Assembly (NCBI GenBank): GCA_045837725.1
Contig: JBEWZL010000126.1
Coordinates: 372,001 to 436,000 of the forward strand
Origin: Vermamoeba vermiformis
Lineage: Eukaryota
DNA: 64,000 nucleotides
Direction of reading: 5' to 3'
The translations under genes were made by a program, and so were the position numbers. The notes beneath the pieces were generated by a model. The model was not told the DNA's origin. It did no database searches and worked only from the letters and a program-made list of their open reading frames with translations. Positions 41,801 to 55,815 of this stretch are shown in pieces; positions within the stretch are counted from its first letter, which is position 1; every line of letters starts with the position of its first letter.

Positions 41801-44431
41801 GCATTTTCAATTTGGGACATGACGAGCGGTGGTCTCGAGAATTGTCTCTACGGCAAGCGAGGCCGCGACATTTTCTTCGCTGGCAAAATGTTGTCCAAAG
41901 AAGACATTCAGTTCCAAATGCGCTCCGTGTCCAAACAACCATTTTCAAGGGTTACTTTGCATATTCCTAAAGGTACGGCCTAGATTCAAAAATAGCGGAT
42001 CCAAACTAATAATATTTCATTATAGAGGCCCCAGTTCAAGCGATTATTTTGAACGTCAAACAATTGTCGTTCACGCTATATAATATATTTAAAAATCGAC
42101 TTGAACAGACTGAAGGTCACTCTGTGTAAGTAATTCCGGTGGTGTTTCGAAACGAACCAATGGACTAACATTGCCTTTTTAGGAAGGAGATTGACAATGA
42201 TGAATTGAAGTGGACTCATCCCGAGTACAAAGTATTTACGTAAGTCAATAAGAAATGAAGTTGAGAGCCTTGGTTGACATTAACTTTGCAGATATTTTAT
42301 TCCGTGGGGCATGGACGAAGATTTAGATCGACAAATCAGATCGGAATTGTTCTTGAAACCTCCTTCACCTGATGTTTGCTTTGGCATCATGGGGTAAGTT
42401 TTAAAAAAAAAATGACACGTGTCAAATTCAATTTTTTCACGGTGTTAACTTCGCGTGTCAGTGCTGGTGGCAAAATGTCAGTGTTGGTGCCAAAATCAAT
42501 GCGCGGCGTCATTACAAAAGCTCCGCCATCAGCCAATGACTCGATTGCTTCTCAATCGTCCAATCAAATCTTGAACTTGTCACGTGCCAGACTCGAACGT
42601 GAAAAAATGGCCAAATCGAGTCTAGCGAAGGACACTAAAAAGGCAAACCCTCAATTAGGAAGTTTTGGTACTGTTCAAGTGCTGAATGCTGTCAGCAGTC
42701 GTAAAAACGGACAGTGGACGACGAGTGACACGATGACAGCCATGTTGACACTCGCTTCCGTGTCACTTTCCAAGAGTCTCTTATTCTTAGACAGTAAGTC
42801 TAAATATGGCAATATGATCTACCCGGCACCTACTAACGACCTATTTATAGACAATAAGAATGTGTGCAGTCAGTTGTTGTCTTATTACTGCGCTTTGTTG
42901 CCGGATCGCGTTGAACATTACTTGGATCCGTCACTTTCGTATCTTGCACGATTCTGGCAGGACCCTATGGGTAAGCATAGGCATCATACATAACTATTAT
43001 ATATTGTATTAACCATTCTTTCAGAGGACATTATGCAGTCAGCCAGATCCATTCTGCTGTCAGTCGTAGATCGATTGCCCTTGAGCACGCGAAGAGATCT
43101 CGCGCAATCTTGGTCGCTGATGCGTAAGTACTGCAATCAGCCGTTATTTTAATTCAAATAACTCATCTATTGCCGTGCAGTCCAATCAGCCGATGCCACG
43201 AACAAATCGAAGCCCTTGGCTATTCTCGTATTGGCCATTCTAGCTTGTGAACGTGCAGATTCGTTAACACCCGAGTACGCGACATTATAACTGAGCGCAT
43301 ATATTGCACAATACTAACGACTCGTTGACACAGAATTGCCGCACAAGTCGCATTCGAGTTGGTCGATTTATTGTCCCAAGACAACGTGCAAGCGAACAAA
43401 TTGAACGTCACAACTGTCGAACTGCTTGGAAAGGGTTACGAGACATGGGCTCCTCGTAAGTATCTGAGATTAGAAAAGTGGATCTTACATCTCGGTGAAA
43501 TATTTGTTATGGATCTTAATACTTTTATTCTTATAGATATTAAGGACGTCGAAGGAGTCATTGAAAAGCTGTTCAAATTGTCACTGAAAAACGAGCCACA
43601 AAATCTGGCAACAACAGCGCACCACACACTGATGCTGATCGGTGCCAAAGACCCCAAGATGTTGATTTCAGTGATTGGTCAACGCTTTTCACTCAGTCAA
43701 GACTCGTTGAGCTCTGCTACACAACTTGACCCTCGCGAGCACGCGCACGCCTTGTTGACCATTCAAGCACTCATCAAAAAAGCACCGTACGCGATCTACC
43801 CGCACTTGTCACTGCTCGTCGAGTCATTGGTCCGCTCACTCGATCCACACGTGCCACACTTGCGCGAGGCCTGTTTGAAGCCTGCCACAGCCCTGGTCCA
43901 TGATCTTTGTCGCAGGTAAAATATTCCGTGAAAAAATTGAAAATATCTTTTGTGCTGACTGACGCGTCAATGATTAGGTTCCCATCAATTACGTTCGATC
44001 AAGCGGCGCAGAGACTGGCCACAGGCACTAACAGCAAAATCTTCGTGTACGATTTGACATCAGCGACACGGTGGCACGTGCTCGAAGGTCACAAGTCCAA
44101 TGTCATTGCGATCGCGTTCAGTGAAAACGGAAAAAGTTTGGCAAGTTACTCGCCTGACGACGGCGAGGTCAAGTTGTGGAAGATGGGCTCGACTATTTTT
44201 GGCATCTTAGGCGGCAATCCTCATTGTTACAAGACAATCAACGTATCGAAATTAGACAGTAAGTACCTCTGACATTACCATATTAGGCAATGCAATTCTG
44301 ACACGTTGAATACAGAACCTTTGACGGTGCAAACGATCGTCGATTTGCAAGTGCGATTACAATGGTCGCAAAAAATGTTCCTATTGACACGAACTTGGGA
44401 AAAAGATCCGCACACGAAAATTGAAGCGTAG
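38844..44431 (+). CDS. WDR7: WDR7/WDR72 (rabconnectin-3 beta) family WD40 protein
   Basis: N-terminal LIVPTFIWHGAPSHRIT..YTGSDNGHICVW, GHAEKINCL, VRWQPDQDYL, PWGMDEDLD, LARFWQDP..MQSARSIL, and C-terminal AFSENGKSLASYS. More than 20 introns. Confidence 0.88.
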
Positions 44432-44690
44432 TAGATCCGAAAAAAAATTCAATAAAGCAAAACTGCAACTTTTAATTGATTGATTATTCTTCAATTTACC
44501 TTTTATAGCCTGTTATGTTGGAGTATAATACATCTGGCAGGTACCTCTTCATATTTAATTAATAGTCAGTTTTTTAAAGTGAGTGACGAATGACAGCACG
44601 GGACTTGGTGACACACTTTGAACCTGGAATTATGAAAGAATACGCCCCCATCACCACAACACTTGCATTAGTTCCTTTTTAAAGATTTTG

Positions 44691-45746
44691 ATGCCAGGTA
44701 GGTCTGATTTTTCAAACGAGCCGAATCCCAAAAGGGCGATCGCAAAACAAAAACACTAAAATGATTATTACGTAGTATTTCAATTGAGATACCTTGTTGT
44801 CGATTAATCATGCTTGCTAAAATTAACTGCATAATTTTAAATAATTAAAATTACGAGTACTACGCTTTTAATACTATTTATTATGATTAATTAATCATTA
44901 TTAATTCAGTATCTTACCTATGATCTCCAATCACTATAATAACCAATCGTTTCAGATCGAGTTACCAAAACGGTGGCGGTTGTTGCTATAACTCTTCTAT
45001 TATCAACTGCCACGTGTCTTGCTCAAACATACGAAGGTGTTTGTGCCGAGCTTGAAATAGACGATACATTTTGCGAAGGGCACACTGCAAACTTTCCGAA
45101 AAGGGCTTGTACATATACCCCCTGGCTGAATTTAACTTCTTCCACCCTTTGCAACCCGACAGTTTATGGCATTTGGAAAGATTATTGTCCTAATCAAAAC
45201 GTCAATGCATCCCAATTTTGTGAGGGAACAGCGTACTATGGGCCATTCCCTCCGATGCTCAACCGACCTTGCCTCGCACTCACCCCTTGCAAAACTAACG
45301 CAGATTGCACTATCATTATTGTACCAGCTCCGAGCAATGCACCAGTGCCCGCCATCAAATCTTACTGCTACGACTGTTGCCTATTTTGCCACGATGATGC
45401 CAAGTGTCAAGAGTTGCCAATGTACGCTAACAGTACTAACATTACGGACTGCTGGCCCTGCTTTACGACACCAGAACCAATCGCATCCGACATTCAACCT
45501 AGTGATAATGCACAAGGGCCCTTCGCATCCAACGTTCCTCGTCAACAAAGTGCTAATGACAATGCTCCAGATGGCTTCAAAATGAGTCCGTGGATGTACG
45601 TTGCCATTGCCAGTGCAATCGTAGCACCATTAGTGCTGCTATTCGTGTTGTTGTTCCGACACAAGTGCACAAAAGACACGCCGCTTTCCAACTATGACAA
45701 ACTGAACGAAGACACCTCCGTCAATATGATAGAAATTGAGGAATAA
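44691..45746 (+). CDS. Cys-rich single-pass type I membrane protein
   Basis: A probable micro-exon atgccag (44691) spliced to 44956 gives MPDRVTKTVAVVAITLLL (signal). Then a Cys-rich ectodomain, P/S/N stalk, TM WMYVAIASAIVAPLVLLFVLLF and a tail containing YDKL. Confidence 0.75.
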
Positions 45747-45953
45747 AGAATATTATCACGTTGTACAATGATTCGTAGCTATAATCAGACGGAGTTACGA
45801 GCGAAAAAAAGTTGAATGACGAGTTGACACTCGACCACAAAGCAAAACTTGCCATAATAGCTGGAAAGTAGCCGCTGGGTTGCAGCCGCCCGTGTAACCT
45901 GGCAGACCTCTTCCTTGCTATGTTGCGCTCTGCAAAATGCACCAAACTTGTTT

Positions 45954-47520
45954 TTATTTGGCAATTTTAGTGAATTTTATCGTCTTGTCTCTGCTACCCG
46001 TCACAATCAACTTTTCGTTTGCCAATTCTATTATGACCTGTATGAAACATGTTAGATGGATGTTACCTTATAATCACCTTACCATTGAACTGATTGCGTC
46101 TTGATGAATTTTCTGTTCGTGCACTAGACTCCAGTTCTGCACCGGTCCTTTTTTGGTATTTTCAGTGCCCGTCAAATTAAACACGCGCAGTGCTCCGTCA
46201 CCACCGCCAGAAATAACTTGTTGCGCGTCATTGGCCAGCCACAGTGTTTTGACGACACTAATGTTCTGCAGCACGATCAGCGGTGTTTTGATCGCTTTGT
46301 CCGTGTCACTCGACCACAGCTTGATCGTCCTGTCTTTGCCACCTGTAGCTATAACTCCGTTCTAATACAACTCTTATCAGCACGTATAGTATATTAGTTC
46401 ATATAGTAGCGAACTTACCTTGACATCAACAGCCAAAACGTCGTTTGAATGTGCTTCGATGGTCTCAGTTGGCACGTCATTATCTACACGCCACTGTCGC
46501 ACAGTGCTATCAATAGGCTATTAGTATATATTACTAGGCTAGTATTCATATTATATTCACCCGTCATCGGACACAGTGACAAAGTTGCGTTGATCCATTG
46601 GGTTCAAAGTGAGTGCGCGCACGTGATCCGAATGTGACTTGTACGTCACTCTGTTCGTGACAGCGGCATCAACGACACCACTCTTATCATTCTTCTTAAT
46701 GCCTAGTATACATTATATTAATATACAATAGTATAAAAATGTCTTCGTGTTGCTCACCAACGTTGTATTTGTACACGTTCTTGTCTTGACCGGTAAAAAA
46801 TATCGTCACGTTCCAATGCTGATCGTGTCCTTGCACTCGAATCTCATCGGCTATCATTTGAATGGCATTGATTGGCTGCGGCACTGGCACTGATAATAAG
46901 GGAAAATATTGAGGCGAAACGGATGCACCTGAAAAATACTCCGTTAGACTTTCTATTCTCAGTTATTAACATAAGCCATTAAATATTGGTATTATAATTA
47001 TAGTTATATAATCCTTACATCTTAATAAGAGTTGAATGTAACGTCCAAGCCCGCCAAGAGCGCATAGTGTCAGATCTTGTTTTCGCACGAGTGAAATGAC
47101 GTGTAATGGCAAGTGATCGCGACTAATCTCGAGTGTACTTAATAATTTCGGAGAATTGTTCGTAGGAGAGTCGTCTATTTGCATCTGATCGGATCTGGAT
47201 CGCGAGTTAAAAATTCGAAATAATTGTATAAGTATATTATCGTTATGAACCAATTTAATATAAGACTTTCAGCAGAAATTTTCGGTCTAATAAATTTTCT
47301 GAATTTACTTACGCTGTATTTTGATTATTGAACGCGATCTGCGAAGTATTTGCGACTCCAGTAACATCTGTAAACACTACTTCTAATGAATCTATCATAA
47401 TAGACATTATTAAGCAGCTTAGTAAGAATATTATAGTATTTGAGTTATACCCGGCGAAATCTGGAGTAGTCGCAGATCAGTTATCTCTTCAGGATGACTT
47501 ATACTAAATATAGTAGTCAT
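45954..47520 (-). CDS. WD40-repeat protein
   Basis: FFTGQDKNV, HSDHVRAL, ATGGKDRTIKLW, ISGGGDGALRVF and VTGSRDKTIKF across spliced exons. Confidence 0.75.
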
Positions 47521-47845
47521 AATTAATGTTGATTTATACAGTGGTTAATGAAACTACGAAGAACAAAAAAAAACAGAATGCTAGCAAAAATTGAAAATGA
47601 ATTCGATTTATTTGTCTGGCGTTAATAACTTTATTGTTTACTTCAGAAACAGCTCTTACAAGAGTAAGTAATTGTCGACATATTTGAGTGGATAACCATC
47701 GAGTATTCAGCTTTTGCTGCTAGCCCTGTGTCATAATTAAAAATTCGAGCAGATCAAATGAATCAGATGTGCACTGTTTTTATTTTAATTAAGAACATCA
47801 CTTGAGGCTAATATGGCTTCACTCCCAGTGTAATGAAGTAAATTT

Positions 47846-50401
47846 TCATCTTCTGATTGAAACGTGACCAAGCGGAAACACAGCAGCAATTTGTGAAGGT
47901 GTCATCTTGGAGCTGCTGCTAGAGTACTCCCACACACGAAGATTAGTTAAGCTGCTAAATACTGAAAAAGAGCTTGGACTTAGTTCTCTGTCCCATTCTT
48001 TGAATCCAAGGCGAGTAAGATTTGTCAACTGCGACAGAGTGATTGAAGGGTTGCCACGTAGCACTAACGTGTGAAGCCGTGTTAACGTGCTTATGGACAC
48101 CATACCCAGCAGAAAATCCGCTAAAGTCAAACTTATTAGTTTGAATCAAAAGTAAACTTGGAAACGTACCTGTGTACAGTTCGCTCAAGCAAGTAAATGA
48201 CTGAAGGTTTTTTTTGCTGATTTCATCGACAGATAATGATTTGATATGCGGAGGGAGGTCGTCATTACTGTCCCACGATGGAAACCGCCCAATACCAAGC
48301 TTCGTTAAATTTGTCAACTGTGCAAGACAGGGGTCATATACATTCCCCAAATAAAGCTCTTTTAACTGGGTAAACTCCAACAATGCTTCAATGTATTTGT
48401 CTTTCACTGCCCTTAATGTTAAGCTTGTGAGTTGGCTGCAATCTGCCAAGCTGTAAGAATAGATGGGCAAAGTTTCCAGATGTAGAGTCCCCAACTGTGG
48501 CAGTTTGTTAACCCAGTGTATCTCGTCTAAATGAGGGTGATGAAAATGCAATACTTTTAACTTCGATAGCCTGGTCAGTTGAAGGGCATCTTCTTCCTCT
48601 AAATCGAAGGAAATGCGCAGCGAGGTCAACTGAGTGAACTTGGTAAGTACACTCATTAAATTGTCTGGAACGATATAAGGCTCAGTTGGGAACGAAAATG
48701 AGTGCAGATTAGTCATTTTTGCCAAAGTGTCCAAACTAAAAAACGTTAGATAGTAGAATTAAAGTAATGTCATTATCTTACTTGTCATCCACAACGTTGA
48801 TTGACTCATAAGCGTCATCATAGAAAGAGCCAGGCAGAACAACGTCCTGTATTTTCGAATGTTCCAAACGAGACAAACTATTGCGGATAAAATTGCGAAA
48901 TGAATCGCCTCGGTATGGCTCATTGTAATCGGAGGGTATTGTAAAAATGCATTTGGGTATATTTCATTTTTTTATTCAGAAAACCCATAGTACATGGAAG
49001 TGCAAGTTGAACAAAAAAAACGGCACATCAAAATATGCCGTAGAGCTGAAGTTACAGCCTGTTTTCTTGAAAATCAACTGGGAAAACCCCATTTTACTCT
49101 AAGGTGCCCATATTAGGAAGTGTTTCACTGGTTTGTAATCATGATTTGATGCTTTGAAGGTTGCCAGATCATGGTACACAAAAGAATTGGAGTCTGATGC
49201 TTACTTGAGTGTTCCTAGGGCAAATACAGTGCAAAAAGCAAGTATATAGCATGGAATAGCCTAAAAAGGAAATTTGTGGTGCATATCAGGGGTCCATGAG
49301 GTGGACATTTGCAAAACACTCCTCTTGGCACTTGTGTGCATATGATCTGGCAATTACTAACAGTTTCCCTTCATCATTTATATGCCTTGCACTTCCCAGG
49401 TGAAAACTGAGTTTTCTACTTGCCTAATATAGAAATATAGTAAAGTGATCAGCAAATCGTTAGTAATTGATAAAAACTGTCGGGACAAGTTTCAACTTTA
49501 GTAACCATGGTGCAACAAATGCCAACTGCCCCATCCTTTCCTAATTTGGTAATTACTGTCAAATCCCAAAATTTCAGTTAAAAAACAGAATTTACAAGGA
49601 TTACGAGCAACAAGGAAGTCGTTAGTAATTGCCGGAATTTGGCGCGGCAAGTTCAAATCATTGTTTTTTGTAAAGGTCCACTTATGATGTCCATAACCTC
49701 CTGCCATATATGGTTATATTTGCTAGTTACACTAACTGCCTGTTTCCACCTTGGAGCACTCTGGCAAACAGTTAGTAATTGACAGAATTTGACGGGACAA
49801 GTTGGAATGGTATGTACATGCTGTAAAGCATTGTTTATGCTAGCAACCTTCCTAATTTGGAAATTGCTAATGATTTCCGAATGGGGCAGCAATGATTGAA
49901 AATTTGCAGATTTTTGCAAGTAATTTCAAGGGCCAACATCAAATTTTATTAAAATCTTACAAAACATTGATTTTCCATCAAATAATCCTCCCAATGCCCC
50001 CCAAATATACCCAAATGCATTTTTACAATACCTTTCGATTGTAGTCATTTTGGCCAGTCAGCTCAAACCGTGTGATAAATCGCCACAAATTCCACTGCCA
50101 CTGTTTACACACCTTTGTCATACTTTGAAGTATTAAATTAATTAATTAATTAGACTACCAAGCACTTGTTTTAATTTTAAATATTTTGGGCTTTAATATT
50201 TAATTAATTATTAATCATATCGTGAGAATAAATAAATATTTAAACGATTTGCCTTTGCATTTTGTTTCGCCAAATCTGACGCGCTTTGTTTGGTAAATGT
50301 TGTAGACCAACATACCTGAAAAGAGACTTCGCGTCCAAATGAAAGGTAATACTGATTGTAATATCGTCAGGCAGGTTAGGCCAAAGCAAGTTTGAATCCA
50401 T
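47846..50401 (-). pseudogene. F-box/LRR gene interrupted in exon 2 by a TIR element
   Basis: Exon 1 MDSNLLWPNLPDDITISITFHLDAKSLF plus MTKVCKQW form an F-box, and LxxLTxL-type LRRs lie at 48734-47846. The frame is continuous across 48939-50028 if the insert is removed. Confidence 0.8.
48939..50028. mobile_element. Non-autonomous DNA transposon (MITE-like), 1090 bp, 26-bp perfect TIRs, probable TA target-site duplication
   Basis: ttgtaaaaatgcatttgggtatattt at 48939-48964 and its reverse complement at 50003-50028, each flanked by TA. Internal gttagtaattg repeats at 49459, 49621 and 49771, and inverted at 49351. No transposase ORF. CpG-poor. Confidence 0.88.
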
Positions 50402-50543
50402 TGTTGTCTGTCACAGAAATGAAGAAAATGAAAGCAATCCAGGGTTGGACCCTAGACCCTTTTTTCGCGGCAATATTAAAGCGGAATTTCAGAATTAAAA
50501 TCAAAGGAATGATGAACTCATCTGTTTCTTTCACGATGTTGCT

Positions 50544-51582
50544 GTGGTCTCGAGTCCTGTTCGGAGTATCGAGAAGTACTTCTTAGCACTCATCAAAGAA
50601 GGATCTGCACAAGAAATCAAGACTTTTTATTCTTATTTCAAGCGAGACCTTAACCACCTATTCGAAGAAAAATTAAGCAAAGAAAATTCAAGTAATCCAC
50701 TCAAAGCTGCTTTTGTTCGAGCAGATCCTAAGATTTTCAACGTGTTTATATTTTTAGAGCCCAAGTACTATCTAATAAATCAAAATAACGATGTCCGTAT
50801 ATTTCTATATGCAACTGTTCTGTATTAATAATTTATAATACAGCGGGCTCTTAAGTACGCCATCCAGTTGAACAGCGTAGAAAGTGGAACACTTTTGCTA
50901 CTGAATAGGCAAAGCGTACGTATATAAATTAACTACTATTGATTCTAATTCCTATTGTAATCAGAAGGAGCTCCCTGTCACGAAAACGTCGGATCCGATC
51001 TTCAATCAGCTTTTGAGTGACTTCAAACAGCTTGCCAAAGACGAATTCGCCCGTAAATACGCTACTCTAGAAGACGTAATATTTCCTTTCGCTGAACTGC
51101 CCATTGAATTACAATGCCACGTACTGAAAAAAATTTCAATCGGATGTACCTTTACAGCACCAGCTGTTTGCAAACTATGGCGCGACATGGTCCAGCCAGA
51201 TCCTCTCGTAGACAATGAGTTTATTGTTCGCAAGATATTTGAGTGCGAGACCACACTTGAAGAGTACTATTTGAAGATCGAACTACATCCGACGGTACAC
51301 CACTTTTGCCTGGCAAATCCAAAGAATATTTTGCCGAAAATAGAGGCAAAAGAATATGATGCTAGTTTTTTGAAGCTCGTAGATAATATTGTTAATAGTG
51401 CTGCTGAAGATTGCATCGATCCATCGCGCAAGGAAGATCTAAGAGAACTAATTCTCAATACGGACGTGGAAGATATATATTATTGGGAGGATTATGGACG
51501 TAGCTCAATATATTTAAAGATAGACGATGAAGTAGGAATAGGAATTACAATGCAAGAGCTCGTTGAAGGAAATTTTAAATGA
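50544..51582 (+). CDS. Protein with ankyrin-like helices followed by an internal F-box-like motif (5' end unresolved)
   Basis: NPLKAAF and ALKYAIQLNS are ankyrin-like (weak). FAELPIELQCHVLKKI..AVCKLWRDM is an F-box. Confidence 0.6.
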
Positions 51583-51729
51583 AGTTAATATATGAAGGGT
51601 TACCAAACGAAACATATAATTAATTATTAATAAAATTATGCCTGCTGTGACCTATTCCGAATAATACTATTTTGCAGTACAAAGCAGATCCGGATCTCGT
51701 TTCAAGTTTTGGTGTTTATTATTTTTTGA

Positions 51730-53822
51730 TTATTTTGCTGTCGACAACGGCAATGTAAATATTTTGACTGCATTTTTCGCTTTTTTATCAGCCTTCCATC
51801 GTCCAAATCGATGTTCTTGACCAACACCTGCTATCAATAGTCGTCCAGTACGCGAGAAAGCCAATGAATTTACAAATCCAGCCTAAAATACGATTAAATA
51901 AGCATTATTATTAATATGGTACTACTATCATCGACTTACGCAAGGAATATTCGTCAAATTAACAATTTTCTTCGAGTCAGTATCGTACTTCCATAATTTA
52001 ATTTCTCCGTTGTTAGAACCAGAGGCAAATACATCACTGCATATTACTGTAGTGTTAATAATTCATATATAATCGCATAATATCTCATAAGAATGTACCT
52101 GTACTTGACGGCAGCAACGGATGTGATCCAGTTAGGTACACCAGGTGACTCTAAACCGTGGGCCAGAGGGAACACTGCTGCTGGCTTCTTTTTCGATGCA
52201 CTCCAGTATTGAATACCACTGTCAGAGACATGATTAGACTAGTGTCACATCGATCGAGTGTCACAGATCCGGCCCTTACCCGTCATCACCACCGCTGACA
52301 AAGAACTCTTCGTTGACTAAGGACAGTGTGTCGAGGCCAGCATCAGCTCTGAAGACCATTTGTGTCTCCTCTACGACCTTCCACACACGCACAGTCTTGT
52401 CTGAAGATGACGTCACGCATCGCTCGCGTGTCAAACTGTCAATGCCGGTGATAGGTGATTGATGGCCGTAGAGTGTGTCTAGGTACGCCATGTCATCGCA
52501 GTTCCACACTTTTACTGTTCTGTCATTCGAGCCTGAAAAGAGTTGGTGCGAGCCAAATCTGAACGATAAGCCCTGCGATGAAACATTTAGCAACGTTGCC
52601 TAATTTGGAAATAAGGATCGTTACTACTGACCGTGATAAAGTCTCTGTGTCCTGAGAATGTGTCCAATAATTTGTTGTTTTGAGCGTCCCAAATGCGAAT
52701 TTTGTTGTCCATGCCACCCGAGGCCAATAACCGACCGTCAGAGGACACGGCAATGCTGTACACTTGATTCGTGTGTCCGCCAAACTCGGGCTTGTCACGT
52801 CCTCCTTTGAATGTGAACAATCGTGTGTTTGTCTCCACGTCATCTGGCAGTAAAGGGCTCGTAAGTCACGCGTCAAACACGATCATTTTATACGTAACAG
52901 TGATTGTATGTCATTCTATTCGAGTCTATTTGTATTAATAAAGCAGTATAGTACTTACATTTAATAATACAGCAGTCTTTGCTGCCTGAAAACACTGTCT
53001 TTTCGTCGTCAGTAATCGCGACACAAGTCACCGATAATTGATGTCCACGATGTTGTCGCACGGGGTATTCAGAGCCAGGAGTAATTAATAACTGAGGAAT
53101 ATTAATATTAATATATGCATTGGTATTCATTATCAACAGCGCAAAAAGGATAATAATTCACGTACCTGATCTGAAGCTTTTCTGTGAGGTCTCTTTCCCG
53201 TTGTTGCTTCAACCTAAATTATGAAATCAATATAATGCTTTTAATATACGTTTTCAAATTATTGTTGAATGGATTGTGACAGATCCCAATCTCGATCCCA
53301 AAAACAGGATCTGGATTTGAGCTGACCGTTGGCCATAAACATTGCCCAATAAGTATGTATATTATAATCTATTAAAATACTTACGGCTTCTTCTCTCAAT
53401 TTTGTTACAAGTGCTTCCTCGTCAACTTCGTCATCCTCATCGCGATGCAAATCCGCCAACTTTGATAAATATTCTTTTGCTAATCTAGCACGCTTCTCAT
53501 CAACTGTTTCATTTTCATAAGGGTCTGCTTCACCGTTCTCTTCTGCTACTGATCCAGCGTCTGATGCGTTTTGAAAAAAATCCTCCTCATCACTGGATAA
53601 TTCTTGGGCCTTGGCTCTAGCCACTTTTCGCTTTTTAGAGTTCTGTAGTAATATTAATAATTATTATAATCGATAAATAATAATTACAATTAATTTTTAT
53701 GATCAGATCGCGGTTTCGATCTCACCACTCATTATTGTACAATAATATAATGCATATGATCTTACATTAGGAGATTTTCCGTTATCTAATACTCGTTTTC
53801 TACCATTTGCTTTGCTTGACAT
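51730..53822 (-). CDS. RRP9: U3 snoRNP WD40 protein RRP9 (U3-55K)
   Basis: ETVDEKRARLAKEYL, GHQLSVTCV, LFSGSNDRTVKVW..YLDTLYGHQ and GVGQEHRFGRW. Confidence 0.93.
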
Positions 53823-53911
53823 TGTTAAATCTGGATCTAATCTGTTTTATTTCAACTGTCACTGCTCTTCGAAAGTCTATCAATATTAATACTAATAAAT
53901 ATAGTATTCGA

Positions 53912-54452
53912 ATGCTCGTCAGTCTACTAAAATTGTCCAAAAGAAAAGAAAAGAAAAATGCATTTTTTAAGCTTCAATCACACGACGAGCAAACACAACA
54001 GATGCAGAAACGACAACAATTAGAAGAGATGGGACAAAAATATAAGCGAAAGGGGAACCTAGTTACTGCAGTTGTAATGAGTGGTAAGCAAGATCCAACA
54101 CGCAAACAGAAAACAATTACCACCAGCCAAAAATTTTCTCCCTATTAACCCCGTAATTATAAAATTATTGACATGATAAATAGTGAATTTTTGTTATTTA
54201 TTTCTTTAATTGCGACTTGTTTAAAGATAGTTCCGTGACCACGACGTAAATTAATCCTGATCCATTTTGACAGTGGTGGGCCTTGCTATTTACGGATTAA
54301 TAGCACCAGTAGTAGCTAAAAAGCGAGAAATGGCGAAGCATAATATCGACGGCAATCCGAATTTTTATCGCCCGCTCAGTCAGCAACACAGTCGCGTGCA
54401 ACCAAATGAACACGATGAACGCAGCACTAAAGTAGTACCCAAAGCTTATTAA
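53912..54452 (+). CDS. Small single-TM protein (faint COA3-like pattern; start uncertain)
   Basis: Spliced KRKGNLVTAVVMSVVGLAIYGLIAPVV with a phase-1 intron. Divergent from RRP9. Confidence 0.5.
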
Positions 54453-54669
54453 TGCCATTGTAGGCTTATTATTGTATATTCATTCGTCCCCAATGTAAAT
54501 AGATCTTGAAATGAAGCAGATGTGTTCATGAACCTCATGAATTCACTCCGCGTCGGCGCAATTGTTGGAATTTCGTTAATAGAATTTTAATTGTCTCTTA
54601 ACGAATAATATGCGCATTAGTAATTTTGGGTCAAAGTTTATTCAATGGACAGGTTACACTAAGACGCTA

Positions 54670-55624
54670 TTAATTGACAATAGCCATGGCGAATCCATCG
54701 TGTCCCTTGCTGCCTACAGTCTGCACTGCAGTCACTGTAACGCGCTTTTCTTTGGCCAACAGCTCGTACAAGGCTCGAGTACCGTGCACGCGGTCATCTG
54801 CGTGATTCGGCTCTATTATTCCGCCTGCTCGCACCACATTATCGACTATAATTAAGGAGCCGGGCTTTGATAATTTAACGGCATAGTCAAAATAAGCGGC
54901 GTTGTTTTGTTTGTCCGCATCTATGAAAACAAAATCGAAAGGAGCCTGATTTTCTTGAGCTAACGCAGCCAAGCTATCAAGTGCCTTGCCTAATCGTAAT
55001 TCTATAATATTTTCGAGGCCTGCAAGCTTAAAATTGGCGGTTGCAACTTCCGCGTGTTTTGGATCGAGCTCCAAAGTGATCAATTTGCCTGTTGCCGGCA
55101 GTGCGCGTGCAAGCCATATAGTGCTGTAACCTCCTAAGGTGCCAATTTCGAGAATTCTTTGCGCTCCTACAAGCAAAATTTCAATATACCGCCCGATCGA
55201 GAATTTCGTTAAACTCACGGTACCTTTCAATCGTGCCAATAATTGCAAAAATTTTCCTTGATTTGGTGCAACATTAATTGCAGGCAATCCGGCCTTGGTA
55301 CTATTCTCTAAGGCAGTTTCAAGGACGGAATCTTTTTCGAGCACATGCTCGCAGATGTAGTTGTCTACATTGGTCCAAAGTTGTTGCTAAAATTCTATTA
55401 GCAATTAACAATATAGTGCGCTAAGATATCAGTCGACTTACTTCGGCAGAAACGGATTTGTTGTCTGTGAAAATACAAGATAATTAATAGACAGCTCGGT
55501 AGACAGATAACGAAATTAATTTTAGTAAAATATGAATTTATAATGCCAATTTTAAGCAATTGTAAATGGATAATAAACGACGGTTTGTTGTAGCCTAAAT
55601 ATCAAAGCTTTACTTACCAGACAT
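54670..55624 (-). CDS. SAM-dependent O-methyltransferase (CCoAOMT/COMT-like, Methyltransf_3)
   Basis: WTNVDNY, VAPNQGKFL, ILEIGTLGGYSTIW, FDFVFIDADK, IVDNVVRAG and GSKGHDGF. Three introns, with two 5' micro-exons. Confidence 0.92.
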
Positions 55625-55815
55625 CTTATTTAGCGGCAATTCCGACTAATGCAATGTAGTTATGTCTATGTATCGCGTAATAAATGAAAATGCAGCTCAA
55701 GGCAGTGAATTTATGGCGTGAACTCGTCGGCGAAATAATCTTGGCTCCGAAAGGAACTTTCTTGCTGTTCTTTGCAAGCTCATACAGCAATAAGTGTGTT
55801 ACTAATAGAACACAA

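Noticed and set aside
49351-49805. Spaced gttagtaattg repeats as a possible CRISPR array or tRNA-derived SINE (gttcaaatc B-box-like)
   Set aside because: The repeats are short, degenerate, about 150 bp apart and inside a TIR element. There are no cas genes and no cloverleaf.
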